A stretch of 64,000 bases of DNA from Eledone cirrhosa. Its lineage: Eukaryota. The position numbers and the translations under genes are program-made. Of this stretch, positions 1 to 18,631 are shown piece after piece (positions within the stretch are counted from its first letter, which is position 1; every line of letters begins with the position of its first letter). The stretch lies in contig OZ024747.1 in NCBI GenBank assembly GCA_964016885.1, positions 66,030,001 through 66,094,000 of the forward strand, written 5' to 3'. The notes below the pieces were generated by a model. It was not told the origin of the DNA. It did not search any database and worked only from the letters and a program-made list of their open reading frames with translations.

Positions 1-1360
1 AAAATACTAAACAACACCGGAAACTTCCACATCAACAGTGACATAGACCGCCTTTACTTGAAACGTAAGCAGGGAGGTAGAGGCCTAACATCGGTCCATA
101 CAACATTTGAATGTCGCATCATATCTCTCCGATAACATCTACGAACCTCGAAGCATAGGAACCCGTTTCTCGAGCAAGTCTATCTGCATGAAACAGATAA
201 GATCATGCGAGTTGGGAAGGAACTCCTCGAGAGATATTCCCTGTGTGATAATCAAAAACTCACAACCAGGGAAGTCGCTCAGCAGTATCGCAGTGAATCC
301 ATAGATAAAAACTGCATGCTTATCAGCAAAAAATTATGCATGGATATGTTGCCAGGAAGCTCCAGAGTGAGAGTAATATAGATAAGGAAAGTAGTCTATC
401 TTGGACCAACAACCGCTATATTGGCTCCCACTTTGAAGGATACGCCTTTGCAATCCAAGAACACGAGATTAACACGCAATACCTGATTCACAAAAGAGAT
501 AGGGATGCAGGCAAAACACCTAGATGTGATAACAAGTGCAGACTCTGCAGAACTAACATCGAGGATATCACCCATGTCATCAGCAGCTGCCCAAATATGT
601 CATCGCGGTACTATCTACCTATGAGGCATGATGTAGTGGCCAAAACACTGTACAATGCAGTTCGTAAAAAAGATAGCCCCGATAATAAACACATTAAAAG
701 CTCCAACAATGTGGAAGACCTCCATGTACATAATATGAAAGAGTACTGGTGGAATGTTCCAGTAAAAACCCCAATAAAATGCAGGCATAACAGACCAGAT
801 ATTATGATATGGGACAGGGAGAAGAAAACATGCACAGTAGTGGAAATTAGCTGCCAATATAATATGAAAGATTAGCGAAAAGGAGAATATTTATGCAGAA
901 CTGATGAGAAATCTGCAGATACTCCACCCTGATTACACCTTCAGATTTATGCCTGTGATCATTGGGGCACTGGGGTATGTTAGTAACTGCCTCAATACAA
1001 ATCTTGAGAAGCTAGGCTTCACAGGAACAGAAATAACACAACTAGTTAGGAAATTACAAGTACAATCCATTAATGGAACAGTAAAAATATGTAAAACATT
1101 CCAAACATTTTGCATCTAATAACTGCATATACACATGTACAGATGCAAAGCATATACACATACACACATTCAACTCAAAACATCCACATCCACACACACA
1201 ATAACATCCATATCTATACATGCATGCATGCAGATATGCAGACATATCTACCTAGTTGATGTTGTGTAAATTCCAATGAGAGAGTCTTGTGCCTATGTTA
1301 GAAACCGACTCTTTCTTTATTGGGAAAAAATTTGTGAAATTATAAAACCAGAAGAACATA
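1..1360 (+). mobile_element. 3' part of a non-LTR retrotransposon with restriction-like endonuclease (R4/Dong-like), frameshifted
   Basis: LYLKRKQGGRGL near 55-90; CCHC knuckle CRLC..IEDITHVISSC, RHD motif and RPDIMIWD..VVEISC (PD-(D/E)xK) in ORF 336-875; C-terminus PVIIGALG in ORF 904-1119; 3' UTR with stem-loop (~1272-1323) ending at CATA/TA repeats. Confidence 0.85.
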
Positions 1361-1373
1361 CATACATATATAT

Positions 1374-1932
1374 ATAGTCACTACTTTAAAACAATAGTGT
1401 AAGGTCTTCAAAATGATTTTAATTAAGCATGCAGTGTATTACCAAATACACTATATATACATTCATATATATATCGCTATTTCAGAGCACCAATTCTAAT
1501 TTTCAATTTTTGTTGGACCAGCAACCGCTCTGTATAATCAGTTCCTGATTATTATTGGAATTCTATAAGAATCCAACATTCATAATTTCAACAAACAAAG
1601 GGAGTGCTAAGCTCTGAGGAATACCAACAGTATGAAACAGAGATCTGTCAGCTTATCTCCCTTTGTTTGTTGAAAAAAGAAGTAAGTGACATAGTCACTA
1701 CTTTAAAACAATAGCGTAAGGTCTTCAAAAGGCTTTTAATTATGCATACAGTGTATTACCAAATACACTATATATACATTCATATATATATCACTATTTC
1801 AGAGCACCAATTCTAATTTTCAATTTTTGCTTGACCGGCAACCGCTCTGTATAATCAGTTCCTGATTATTACTGGAATTCTATAAGAATCCAACATTCAT
1901 AATTTTCAACAAACAAAGGGAGTGCTAAGCTC
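1374..1932 (+). repeat. Tandem direct repeat, 317-bp unit (~1.76 copies), retrozyme-like
   Basis: ATAGTCACTACTTTAAAACAATAG starts at 1374 and again at 1691; second copy stops at ...GTGCTAAGCTC (1932), just before the HHR core; flanked by TA and CA repeats. Confidence 0.9.
1586..1675 (+). ncRNA. Complete type I hammerhead ribozyme
   Basis: Long stem I (CAACAAACAAAGGGAG..TAAGCT / AGCTTA.CTCCCTTTGTTTGTTG), core CTGAGGA 1614-1620, stem II ATAC/GTAT, GAAA 1634-1637, stem III ACAGA/TCTGT, GTC cleavage site after 1649. Confidence 0.9.
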
Positions 1933-2002
1933 ACACACACATATTACATACATACCTGTATACACACACACTATGGCTTAGTGTGTATGTATGTATGTAT
2001 GT

Positions 2003-2600
2003 AAACATAGGAGAAAAGATAAATGAACACTGGCGAGTACTCCAGGATGGGAAAAACTCATCAGTACTCCACCAACATGCCAAAATAGAATCTAGAGGCA
2101 GATTAGGGGACATAACGATAAAAATTATATCTTCACATAGAAAAGATGCAATGCAGACAAATTACAGAGGCGACAAACATAAACGTACTCCAACCAAAAT
2201 TAAACAGAAAACATGAGTGGAATAACAACAACATCGCAATAAGTAATTAAGAAGAAAATGAAGACACAAAGACACAAAAACCAAACTATTAAAGAAAACC
2301 AGACAAACACAGATAGAACAAATAACCAACTAGTGGCAAGTAAATCAACACATAAATAAATAAAAACACACACACTCGGAGGGAACGCATGCGTAAACCA
2401 AACATACAGCACACAAAAACAAGACGGTGGAGGACAGAACAAAGGAGAGACACAAAATAAAAACCTAGTCACTGAGGAGGTCACAGAATGTGTGACGAAA
2501 GAGCTTTGACAATATATAAACAACCATCTGATTATGGAAAAAGAAAATATATAATAAATTGAAGTGAAACCAACAGGTGCGTGTGTTTTTATTGGCAGCA
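2003..2600 (+). mobile_element. Degenerate PLE 3' fragment (GIY-YIG C-terminus plus A/C-rich 3' UTR)
   Basis: IGEKINEH..SSVLHQH..IKIIS, then after a frameshift RQITEATNI..PKLNRKHEWN, typical of the PLE endonuclease end. Confidence 0.55.
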
Positions 2601-2630
2601 TGACACTCCCAAAGTATAACAACACACACA

Positions 2631-2708
<78 letters not shown>

Positions 2709-2721
2709 CATATATATATAT

Positions 2722-2909
2722 GAAAAGAGTCAGGACCCCGACGGCTGAGCTCCGGCCGTTTCGACAGCTAGGTCTGAACTAGCTGTCAAAACGGCCGGAG
2801 CTCAGCCGTCGGGTCCTGATTCTTTTCCTATTACCCACTCTACTACCCTAAGTATCGAGTACTCTGGTGCGTTATAGACCACCTGGTTCCTTACCACACT
2901 TCCTTCGTT
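2722..2909 (+). mobile_element. Fold-back element family A (HHR 3' half plus tail)
   Basis: Inverted arms ~2722-2770 / 2779-2827, then tail TTACCCACTCTACTACCCTAAGTA..CCTTCGTT shared with copies at 9.6, 9.8, 20.1, 34.6 and 50.1 kb. Confidence 0.85.
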
Positions 2910-6301
<3,392 letters not shown>

Positions 6302-6350
6302 ACCAATTCCATCTCGCCCGTCCCCTCAATCTATTTTATTTGTCATTCTT

Positions 6351-6386
6351 TCTTCTGATGAAAGAGTAGCGTCCGAAACGTTAAGA
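6351..6386 (+). ncRNA. Degenerate minimal HHR in a short element between (TA)n tracts (6302-6500)
   Basis: TCTT-CTGATGA..GTCC-GAAAC-GTT-AAGA; stem II imperfect. Confidence 0.55.
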
Positions 6387-6530
6387 CCCTCTTACCACTA
6401 TATCAAGCGTTAACCTAATATATACCTTCCATATACTGTACCGATTGTATTGTTATTTCTGTTTACCTTTTACATATATATTCTGTTTACCTTTTATATA
6501 TATATATATAGCGAGAAAAAGGTACCCCCC

Positions 6531-6578
<48 letters not shown>

Positions 6579-6929
6579 ATATAGTTTTCTCTCGCTATCT
6601 TTTCTTCCTTCTCTCTTTATATATAAATGTATATATATATAATATGTATATATATTTATATACTACATACATATAGACAGCCACATATATAATTTAAATT
6701 GCACCAAATTATAGCATCGTTATTTCCACTATTATTCAATAAATGAAACAAAATTATAGCCATGTGGGAGAAAAAAATAGTTTCGTTTTTTTTTTTATAT
6801 ATTGGGAAGCATTTGAGATAAAGAGTATGGCCGGATTCTAAAGATTGAAATAAACAAATAAATAAACGTATATAAGAATAATTTCATTTCCTCATCGATT
6901 TAATGAAGTCCCTCATTCGCTCCCTCTCA

Positions 6930-7043
<114 letters not shown>

Positions 7044-7067
7044 ACACACACGCACACACACAAACCA

Positions 7068-7121
<54 letters not shown>

Positions 7122-7124
<3 letters not shown>

Positions 7125-7665
7125 AAGTTATATTTAAAATTGTTGGGTTACAACTAGTAAATATTTATAACTGATATAAAAGCACTCGACAAATATTTGG
7201 AGTATATTTACAATATTAAATAAATGGAAAACTATATTTATAAAACCATATTTATTTCATTATATATATTTCGGGGATATCATATTAACAATATGCTATG
7301 CCTTCATCAGACAAAATACAATATAAACAGTTTTATAGATAAATAGATTCGACATACCGTAATAAACAACGACTTCATTTGAAGAGGTTTACGCCAGCAG
7401 TGAAAATTTTATACAGAGAGACAGAAAGAGAGAAAAAAGAAAGAAAGACAAAACGAAGAAAAAGGAAGAAAAAGAAGAAAAAGAAAAAGAAGAGATGCAT
7501 GGAACAAAATAGAGAGATGGAAAAATAGATAAAGCGAAGAGCTTCATGTAAAGAAACAGAAAGAGATATATATATAGAGAGAGAGAGGAAATAGAGATAG
7601 ATACATATATATATAGAAAATTAGGTAGTGGGAGGTCATTTTGAGTAAGTGTATCAATGATACAT

Positions 7666-7696
<31 letters not shown>

Positions 7697-9366
7697 GCTC
7701 AAGTATTAATGTAAGGGAGATATATAGAGAGAAAAAATATAGAGAGAGGAAAAAAATAGCGAGAGAAAAAAAGCGAGAGAAAAAATTTAAAAATAGCCAG
7801 ACATATTCGAGGTGTAAAAAAAACCCCTATGTTTTAATGTATTAGTATTTATAAAACTTACACTATATTGTAAATATCAGTATTCCTGAATGAAACAAGT
7901 ATCCATAATGTGTGAAAATTAATTATCTTATGTTTAGTTTAAAAAAAATTCATATGTTTATGTGACAGCTACAAACATCCATGCGAATCAACTGATTCAC
8001 TCTGCAAACTCTAGGTTACCGGAAAACATTCTCAATGTGGTATAAAAATTTGAGCGTATTAATATTCCTATCATTACTCTACAGGATTATCTATCAAGTA
8101 GAAATAGAGAGCAGATTTCAATATACTAATAAAAATATATATTATATTATACTATAAACAAAACTAAAAATATAAAGATAACAATAATAATAATAAGTAA
8201 AAATATTACGAAAGAATATTACATAGTAAAAATATTACATATTAAAAATACTACGTATTAAAAAATATTACGTATTAAAAATTTACATATTAAAGATATT
8301 AAAAATTTAAAAAATTTTAAAAATTTAAAAAATTTTTTAAAATAAAATAAAAATAAAAAATAAAAAATAAAAAATATTATAGAATACTACAATATTAAAA
8401 AATAAAATTTTTATTAGTATATTGAAAAATTTTATTAGTATATTGAAAAAATAAAATTTTTATTAGTATATTGAAATCTGCTCTCTATTTCTACTTGATA
8501 GATAATCCTGTAGAGTAATGATAGGAATATTAATACGCTCAAATTTTTATACCACATTGAGAATGTTTTCCGGTAACCTAGAGTTTGCAGAGTGAATCAG
8601 TTGATTTGCATGGATGTTTGTAGCTGTCACATAAACATATGAATTTTTTTTAAACTAAACATAAGATAATTAATTTTCACACATTATGGATACTTGTTTC
8701 ATTCAGGAATACTGATATTTACAATATAGTGTAAGTTTTATAAATACTAATACATTAAAACATAGGGTTTTTTTTTACACCTCGAATATGTCTGGCTATT
8801 TTTAAATTTTTTCTCTCGCTTTTTTTCTCTCGCTATTTTTTCCTCTCTCTATATTTTTTCTCTATATATATCTCCCTTACATTAATACTTGAGCTAAATA
8901 AATAAATAAATAAATAAATGTATCATTGATACACTTACTCAAAATGACCTCCCACTACCTAATTTTCTATATATATATGTATCTATCTCTATTTCCTCTC
9001 TCTCTATATATATATATCTCTTTCTGTTTCTTTACATGAAGCTCTTCGCTTTATCTATTTTTCCATCTCTCTATTTTGTTCCATGCATCTCTTCTTTTTC
9101 TTTTTTTTCTTTTTCTTCCTTTTTCTTCGTTTTGTCTTTCTTTCTTTTTTCTCTCTTTCTGTCTCTCTGTATAAAATTTTCACTGCTGGCGTAAACCTCT
9201 TCAAATGAAGTCGTTGTTTATTACGGTATGTCGAATCTATTTATCTATAAAACTGTTTATATTGTATTTTGTCTGATGAAGGCATAGCATATTGTTAATA
9301 TGATATCCCCGAAATATATATAATGAAATAAATATGGTTTTATAAATATAGTTTTCCATTTATTTA

Positions 9367-9370
<4 letters not shown>
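7122..9370. repeat. Long inverted repeat (family C): arms ~7213-8136 and ~8456-9370, AT-rich spacer, ~90-nt extra tail at 7122-7212, HHR near each outer end
   Basis: Arms are near-perfect reverse complements; HHR CTGATGA 9273-9279, stem II, GAAA 9311 on + with mirror at ~7258-7315 on -; flanked by (TA)n on both sides. Confidence 0.92.
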
Positions 9371-9434
<64 letters not shown>

Positions 9435-9582
9435 TTTGATATTTATTTATCCTTATCGAGCCCTCTTTGGATTTTAGTCTTCAAATTTATTATTATTACT
9501 ATATATATATAAATATATGTATGTATATATATACATATACACATATATATATGTATATACATATATAAACTATATATATATA

Positions 9583-9927
9583 TAGGAGAGAGTATGACCC
9601 AGACGGCAGAGCTCAAGCCGTTGAAACGGCTTGAGCTCTGCCGTCGGGGTCATATTCTCTCCTATTACCCACTCTACTACCCTAAGTATTGAGCACTCTA
9701 GTGCGTTATGGTCCATCATGGTTCCTTACCACAACTCCTCCGTTATATATATATATATATATATAACAAAGAAAGTGTGGTAAGGAACCAGGTGGACCAT
9801 AACGCACCAGTGTACTCGATACTTAGGGTAGTAGAGTGGATAATAGGAAAAGAGTCAGGACCCCAAACAGTTCGGATCTAGCTGTCTAAATGGCTGGAGC
9901 TCAGCCGTCGGGCTCCTGACTCTTTTC

Positions 9928-9931
<4 letters not shown>
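9583..9931. mobile_element. Two adjacent family A fold-back copies (9583-9744 and 9764-9931)
   Basis: Same tail and GAGCTC-centred stem as 2722; separated and flanked by TA/CT repeats. Confidence 0.8.
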
Positions 9932-10020
<89 letters not shown>

Positions 10021-10289
10021 TTAGAAAAGGGAAGTAAGGTTCTATACAAAACAGTGGATAGGTGAAGTTGGAAATAGCATGGAAAATATATATTTTAAAA
10101 ATCTTTTCTTTGATTCGTCAAAGTGACATTATTGAAAAGATAACATAATGTCATCTTTTCAAATATATATAAACCAGAATATTTTGGTCCAGGTGAAAAG
10201 GATCTGTAAGTACCACAACTCTTTTTTTGCTAAACTGGTGGAATTCTTAAGTTTCTGCGAAATAGCACTGAAAGGCATTACGTCCGATA

Positions 10290-11525
10290 TAGAGTATTTT
10301 TCTAGAGCCAAGCAATACGCGGCCCTTTCAGTGCTCTTTAAAACCAAAAAGATGACTGTCAAGCATTCTGTGGTCCCCGTCCAGACATACCAATACGTGT
10401 TACACCCTCGTACCAAGGAAGAAGAACCGTAAGGGTCATGATCAGCGGTATCGCGCCAGGATAGGACGCCTCGTGCATCTTGGCCTGTGTGGTACGACAG
10501 CGTAGAAGTCAGGCGCACCCAGAGGGAACATTTGAAATTCTGTTACACATTAAATCAGAAAAGATGGATAACATACCTGACCTCATTCATCTACCGGATG
10601 GTGTGGCGCTAAAGACGGTAGAAGACTCTCGATAGATGCGGGGTGCTGTAAAAAGCCGATAACACCAGCTGAAATACTGGCAGCGGTCGTACAATATGCA
10701 GATCGATTGGTTTGGATGGTCTACCCCACAAGTTTTACTTAAATATGCGAGACTTGTTCGCCGATATCCTCGCAGCTATCCACTGCAACTGGCAGCAAAA
10801 CGAGAGATAAGGAAAAACGAACATGAGTGACGCAATTGACCTCCTCTTCCCTTCTGTATGTGCTGCCACACGAGTCACTACTGTGGAAGCTGGAGTTATT
10901 GAAGGGACGTAGAAAGGCTGCATTGGCATATGCTGACGATGTCAGTGTGATGGTGTCGAACACTACGGAAATGAATGTAGTTGGTAACAACTTACAGGAG
11001 TACTAGACATTGATGGGAGCAAAAATTAGCCTGAATAATTCGGTGGGTTTGCAACTCGGCACCAGGAGAGGCAAATTCATATCGTTCAACAGCCTCGTGG
11101 GACGCTTAACGGAAGGACCGGCTATGTTGGAGTAGATTTCAAGGTGGATAGGGACTCTCAGAAATGGGCCGGGAGGAAGCTATCCCTGAACAATCGGGCA
11201 GAGGTGGTAATTGCATACATCGCCTCCGTTATATATAACCACTTAACCGTCATACCTTGCATCTCACCAAATGAGAGCAGGTACGTCTGCTATTTCGTTT
11301 CATGGAGCGGTTCCACTGGTCAGACGGTTTATCTGCTGCAAAGGCTCTTTACGTGGAGGGCAAGACATGTGGCTAATGATGCGCAAACATGCACTAAGGC
11401 TTCGGCATTTGCAAATATTCCTAAATAGTGACAGGTGTGGTCACGTTATGTCAGGCGCGTTTTTCAGCAACTCGTCTTGGGTCAAGCCAAGACCGATACT
11501 GGGAGCCTGTCATCTGGAATGCTGA
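10290..11525 (+). pseudogene. Highly degenerate non-LTR RT (L1/Tx1-like)
   Basis: AYADDVSVMVS near 10927; WAGRKLSLNNRAEVV..YIAS; many stops and frameshifts. Confidence 0.65.
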
Positions 11526-12019
11526 CACGACTCGAGTGAATGTTGACATAACAGTGCTGGTAGGAGTGTTGACGCTGACATGACGGTAAAGAGACAACAG
11601 TGTGGGAGATGACACGACTGTAATGTCAGTGGTATATTGCCATGGCCACGACGGTAATGACAACCTTGTTGAAGTTGGAAAGACGGTGATATCAGTGGTG
11701 TTGGCGTTGCAGCAACGCCAGCGATGCTGTTGATATTAACACAACGACGATGTTGACCGTGGTATGAGCATTGACATAATGTTGACGTTGATACAAGAGT
11801 GATCTCGGTGGTATGGACGTTGACATAATGATGATGACAGTGTAGTTGATGTTGACACGGTGGTGATGGAAGTAGTATAAAATGTTAACACGACCTCTGT
11901 GACAGTAGCGAGGATGTCGAGACGACGTTGATGGAGGTGATAACGTTGGAATAGCGTTTCATGTCAAAGCAGAACCACCGTCTCTTCTGACGTCACTCTC
12001 TGTACTCGCAACATCCCCA

Positions 12020-12730
12020 TCACCACCAGTAACACAATCTTCGCGACCCCTCAACATCCATTACCAGCATCACAACCACCACCACCGCCATCCCACCACC
12101 ACACCACACCCCAAATGCTACTCAGACAAACATCACCAACATCACCCGCACCATCACCACTACCACTACTGTCCCGACCATCATCACCACTACCAGCACC
12201 AGCACCAGCACCAACACCACAACCACCACCACCAGCGCCACCACTACCAGCACCACCAGCACCAGCAGCACCACCATCACCACCACTATCACCACCACCA
12301 CCACCACCACCACCACCATCCCTATCACCACCACCACCACCTACACCACCACCACCACCACCATCACCACCATCACCACCACTATCACCACCACCACCAC
12401 CATCACCCCTATCACCACCACCACCACCACCACCACCTACACCACCATCCCTATCAGCACCACCTACACCACCACCACCACCACCACCATCACAACCATC
12501 ACCCCTATCACCCCCATCACCACCACCACCACCACAACCATCACCCCTATCGTCACTATCACCCCCCCCCCCCCTACCACCCCTATCACCACCACCGCCA
12601 CCACCACCACCACCACCACCACTACCAGTATCACAACCACTTACAGCTGGTGTATACAGCTGCTGCTGTTGTATACTGCTGCTGCTGTTGTATACTGCTG
12701 CTGCTGTTGTATACTGCTGCTGTTGTGCTG
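12020..12730. repeat. (CCA)n/(ACC)n low-complexity tract followed by (CTG)-rich repeat
   Basis: Degenerate trinucleotide repeats read directly. Confidence 0.9.
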
Positions 12731-12932
12731 CCACTGTGTTTCCTTGCCAGCATCCCTCTTTCTCTTGTCTTCTCTCAGTCTCTTTCTCCCTCCCCCCTCT
12801 TCTCATCTGTTCACGTCTTCTTTCTTTCTTTTTCTTGTCTGCCTCCCTCTTTCTCTCTCGCTTGCTCTCACCCTCTCGAACGCCTCATTCCATTCTCCCT
12901 GTCTCTCTCTCTATCTCTCACATACATACATG

Positions 12933-13011
<79 letters not shown>

Positions 13012-13074
13012 GTATATATATACAATATATTAATAAATGAAAACTGTATATATATATATACATAATGGAAACTA

Positions 13075-13116
<42 letters not shown>

Positions 13117-13175
13117 ATATTAATAAATGGAAACTATATATACATAATGGAAACTATATTTATACACACACACAC

Positions 13176-13233
<58 letters not shown>

Positions 13234-13337
13234 TATCTCTCACATATATATATACATACGTAGATACATACACATACATACACACACATACACACACACC
13301 GTCACCCCCTCTCTCTCTCCCACACACACATACACAC

Positions 13338-15350
13338 ATACATACATACGTACATAGATAGATACATACATATACATACGCACATAGATAGATACATACA
13401 TATACATACGTACATACATAGAGAGATACATACATATACATACGCACATAGATAGATACATACATATATATACGTACATAGATAGGTACATACATATACA
13501 TCCGTGCATAGATAGAAACATACATATACATACGTACATAGATAGATACATACATACATACGTACATAGGTAGATACATACACATACATACGTACATAGA
13601 TAGATACATACATATACATACGCACATAGATAGATACATACATACATACGCATATAGATAGATAATACATATACATACACACATACATAGATACATACAT
13701 ATACATACGTACATAGATAGATACATACACATACATACGTACATAGATAGATACATACATACGTACATAGATAGATACATACATATACATACGTACATAG
13801 ATAGATACATACATATACATACGTGCATGGATAGATACATACACATACATACGTACATAGATATATTTCTTTTATTTGCCACTAGGGCATCAAAAGTGGG
13901 ACAAGTACAAAGGGGGGAGTTTACACAAAAAGGCGTCCTCAATAAGGAGGAGGCAATAACAAAATATAAAAATAAAATAAGATATAACAAAAAATAAAAT
14001 TTTTAACAAAATCCTCAATAGAGAGGAGGCGCCTTGGGGGGTCGCACACACCCCCGAAAAAAGTGTGCAACCCTTCTCCTCAGGAGCACAGCGAAGGGGT
14101 GCTCCCTTGGTCTTTCATCTTCCTCACCTATAGTCTGATGTAGAGTGAAGGCCCATTCACACGGGCCATTCTCGCCACTTTCACCCATCTTTCATAGAAA
14201 CGGCTGGGGTGCAGCACCTCTCTCTCCATCCTGATCCTTCTTCCGAAATGATATCGGAAGAAACGGACCAGTTGTTGGCCAGAGAGAAAGGTGCCCGACC
14301 TCAGTCCTTTCAGACGCGTCCACCATACAACCTCTTTCGCCATGGCTATTACGCACATAGATAGATAGATAGATATACATACATATACATACGTGCATGG
14401 ATAGATACATACATATACATACGCATATAGATAGATAATACATATACATACACACATACATAGATACATACATATACATACGTACATAGATAGATACATA
14501 CACATACATACGTACATAGATAGATACATACATATGCATACACACATAGATAGATACATACACATACATACGTACATAGATAGATACATACACATACATA
14601 CGTTCATAGATAGATACATACATATACATACGCACATAGATAGATACATACATATACATACGTACATAGATAGATACATACACATACATACGTACATAGA
14701 TAGATACATACATACGTACATAGATAGATACATACATATACATACGTACATAGATAGATACATACATATACATACGTGCATGGATAGATACATACACATA
14801 CATACGTACATAGATAGATAGATAGATATACATACATATACATACGTGCATGGATAGATACATACATATACATACGTGCATGGATAGATATATACATATA
14901 CATACATACATGGATAGATACATACACATACATACGTACATAGATAGATACATACATATACATACGCACATAGATAGATACATACATATACATACGTACA
15001 TAGATAGATACATACATATACATACGCACATAGATAGATACATACATATACATACGTACATAGATAGATACATACATATACATACGTACATAGATAGATA
15101 CATACATATACATACACATATAGATAGATACATACACATACATACGTACATAGATAGATAAATAGATATATACATACCTACATAGATAGATACATACATA
15201 TACATACGTACATGGATAGATACATACATATACATACGTGCATGGATAGATACATACATATACATACGTACATAGATAGATACATACATATACATACGTA
15301 CATAGATAGATACATACATATACATACATACATGGATAGATACATACATT
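13338..15350. repeat. 30-bp minisatellite (ACATAGATAGATACATACATATACATACGT), interrupted by a LINE 3' end
   Basis: Tandem unit visible; translates as the 10-aa period [10 protein letters not shown]. Confidence 0.9.
13862..14350 (-). mobile_element. 3' end of Tx1/L1-like LINE inserted in the minisatellite
   Basis: AMAKEVVWWTRLKGL..ERWVKVARMARVNG, homologous to the copy at 59.8-60.0 kb; AATAAA just before the 3' end. Confidence 0.75.
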
Positions 15351-15589
15351 TACATACGCACACATCGTCACCTCCTCCTCCCTCTCTCTCACTCACACAC
15401 ACATACATACACTGACACAGGCGGATACATCTTTCTCTGTGACAGAGCCATACATACAGAGTAACACACAAACACATACAAACACACAGTTACCTCAACG
15501 TGTGTCCGTCTATTTCTCCGGTCTTGCTGGAATCATCACTCTACATAATAACTGGCTCCACACACTTCCAAGAACACATGTGTAAGTTA

Positions 15590-16900
<1,311 letters not shown>

Positions 16901-17014
16901 ACTCTCTCTCTCTCTTTGTCCACCCCCTCTCTCTCTCTCTCTGTATATATATACATATGTTGATTTAACACTTCACTGCTCGCAAGTGTTTTTTAAGCTT
17001 CATATCATGTCTCC

Positions 17015-17086
17015 CTATTTTATCTGATGAGAACGCAAATATCATCGCATGATGATATTTGTTTTTGAAATGCGCACAATAAAATA
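17015..17086 (+). ncRNA. HHR-like motif, family E
   Basis: TATTTTAT-CTGATGA-stem II (CAAATATCATC/GATGATATTTG)-GAAAT..ATAAAATA; related copy at 30104-30170. Confidence 0.6.
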
Positions 17087-17402
17087 CATGGAACTCTTTT
17101 AACCATGTTTTGATTTTATATTATATATATATATATTCCCGTCTAAATTTGCACTATATATATATTAGAAAGTGAGGTTTCTTTTACAAAATGAAAAATA
17201 ACCGAGGTGACCTACACGAGTGAAAGTATAAGGAAAAAAGATGAAAACGAAAATGCAACTGGAGTCTTTTTTTTTTAAAATATATATTTATTTGGTTCCT
17301 TTACCGGTTTCGCAGTTCTTCTGTGAGAAAAACCACAAACCCTCCATCTCAATTCTACTTTTGAAAAGCAGAACCGCCAGAGATTCGATTTTACTGATTC
17401 CC

Positions 17403-17502
<100 letters not shown>

Positions 17503-17605
17503 ATATGATAGTTGGCAAATCACTGATGAGGCACTAATTTTATAATATGTAATCCATGTGAAACCATGCAGTATTCTTCTCCCCATGTTTTTCATATATA
17601 TACAT

Positions 17606-17826
<221 letters not shown>

Positions 17827-17854
17827 AACAAATATATATATATATATATATTTA

Positions 17855-17895
<41 letters not shown>

Positions 17896-18478
17896 GTATA
17901 TATATGTATAGATATATATTTATATATGTATATATATATATATATATTTTTTAAAAAAGCGATAATATTGCTATTTTGCTGAACTCCTTACACTTGTAGA
18001 GTTTTTTTCGGAATGTTTTTTGACTGCTGTTTCCTGTAAACAGACATTCGTCTCATTCTGACGTCACCAGCCATGTCTCTCCATGTGCGTTTATTTTTCA
18101 TAATTACGTACGAGGTGAACTAGCCTGTCTTTAAATTCCCTTTTTGGCATATTCTACAGTGGTTTAGGGTTATCGTGTTTGAGCTCTGCTGATGAACGAC
18201 TCCAACCGTGACCATCCCCACTGAAAGTTTCGCGAAATAGTCTTTTTTAGACTATACAGAGCATTTGTAGTTTTTCCAAATTGAAGGATGAGTATTTAAG
18301 CTTTATTTCATTCTGAGTTAAGGCTCTATTGATTTTTCCCTGGATTTCACAAAATTCTATGGATAAATCTATGTCTTGATTTTTTTTGAATTGAGTTTGA
18401 ATTATTTTTCCATATCTTACGTTAACTATTTTTCCATTTTGACGTTGGCGTCACGCTCACAACAATTTCTATACTTTA

Positions 18479-18544
<66 letters not shown>

Positions 18545-18582
18545 CATTTATACAGCTCCAACCGGGATTGATTGAAGTATAT

Positions 18583-18631
<49 letters not shown>

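Noticed and set aside
1272-1323. HHR in the R4-like 3' UTR (CAATGAG..GAAAC)
   Set aside because: Forms a simple hairpin; lacks the CUGANGA core and three-way junction.
10148-10518. Short ORFs on both strands as genes
   Set aside because: They overlap the decayed LINE RT region and have no independent support.
12051-13065. 251-aa poly-Gly and 316-aa poly-Pro ORFs
   Set aside because: Products of (CCA)n and adjacent microsatellites; no domain or splice evidence.
13338-15350. CRISPR-like array or repeat protein
   Set aside because: Contiguous 30-bp minisatellite without unique spacers, in a eukaryotic context.
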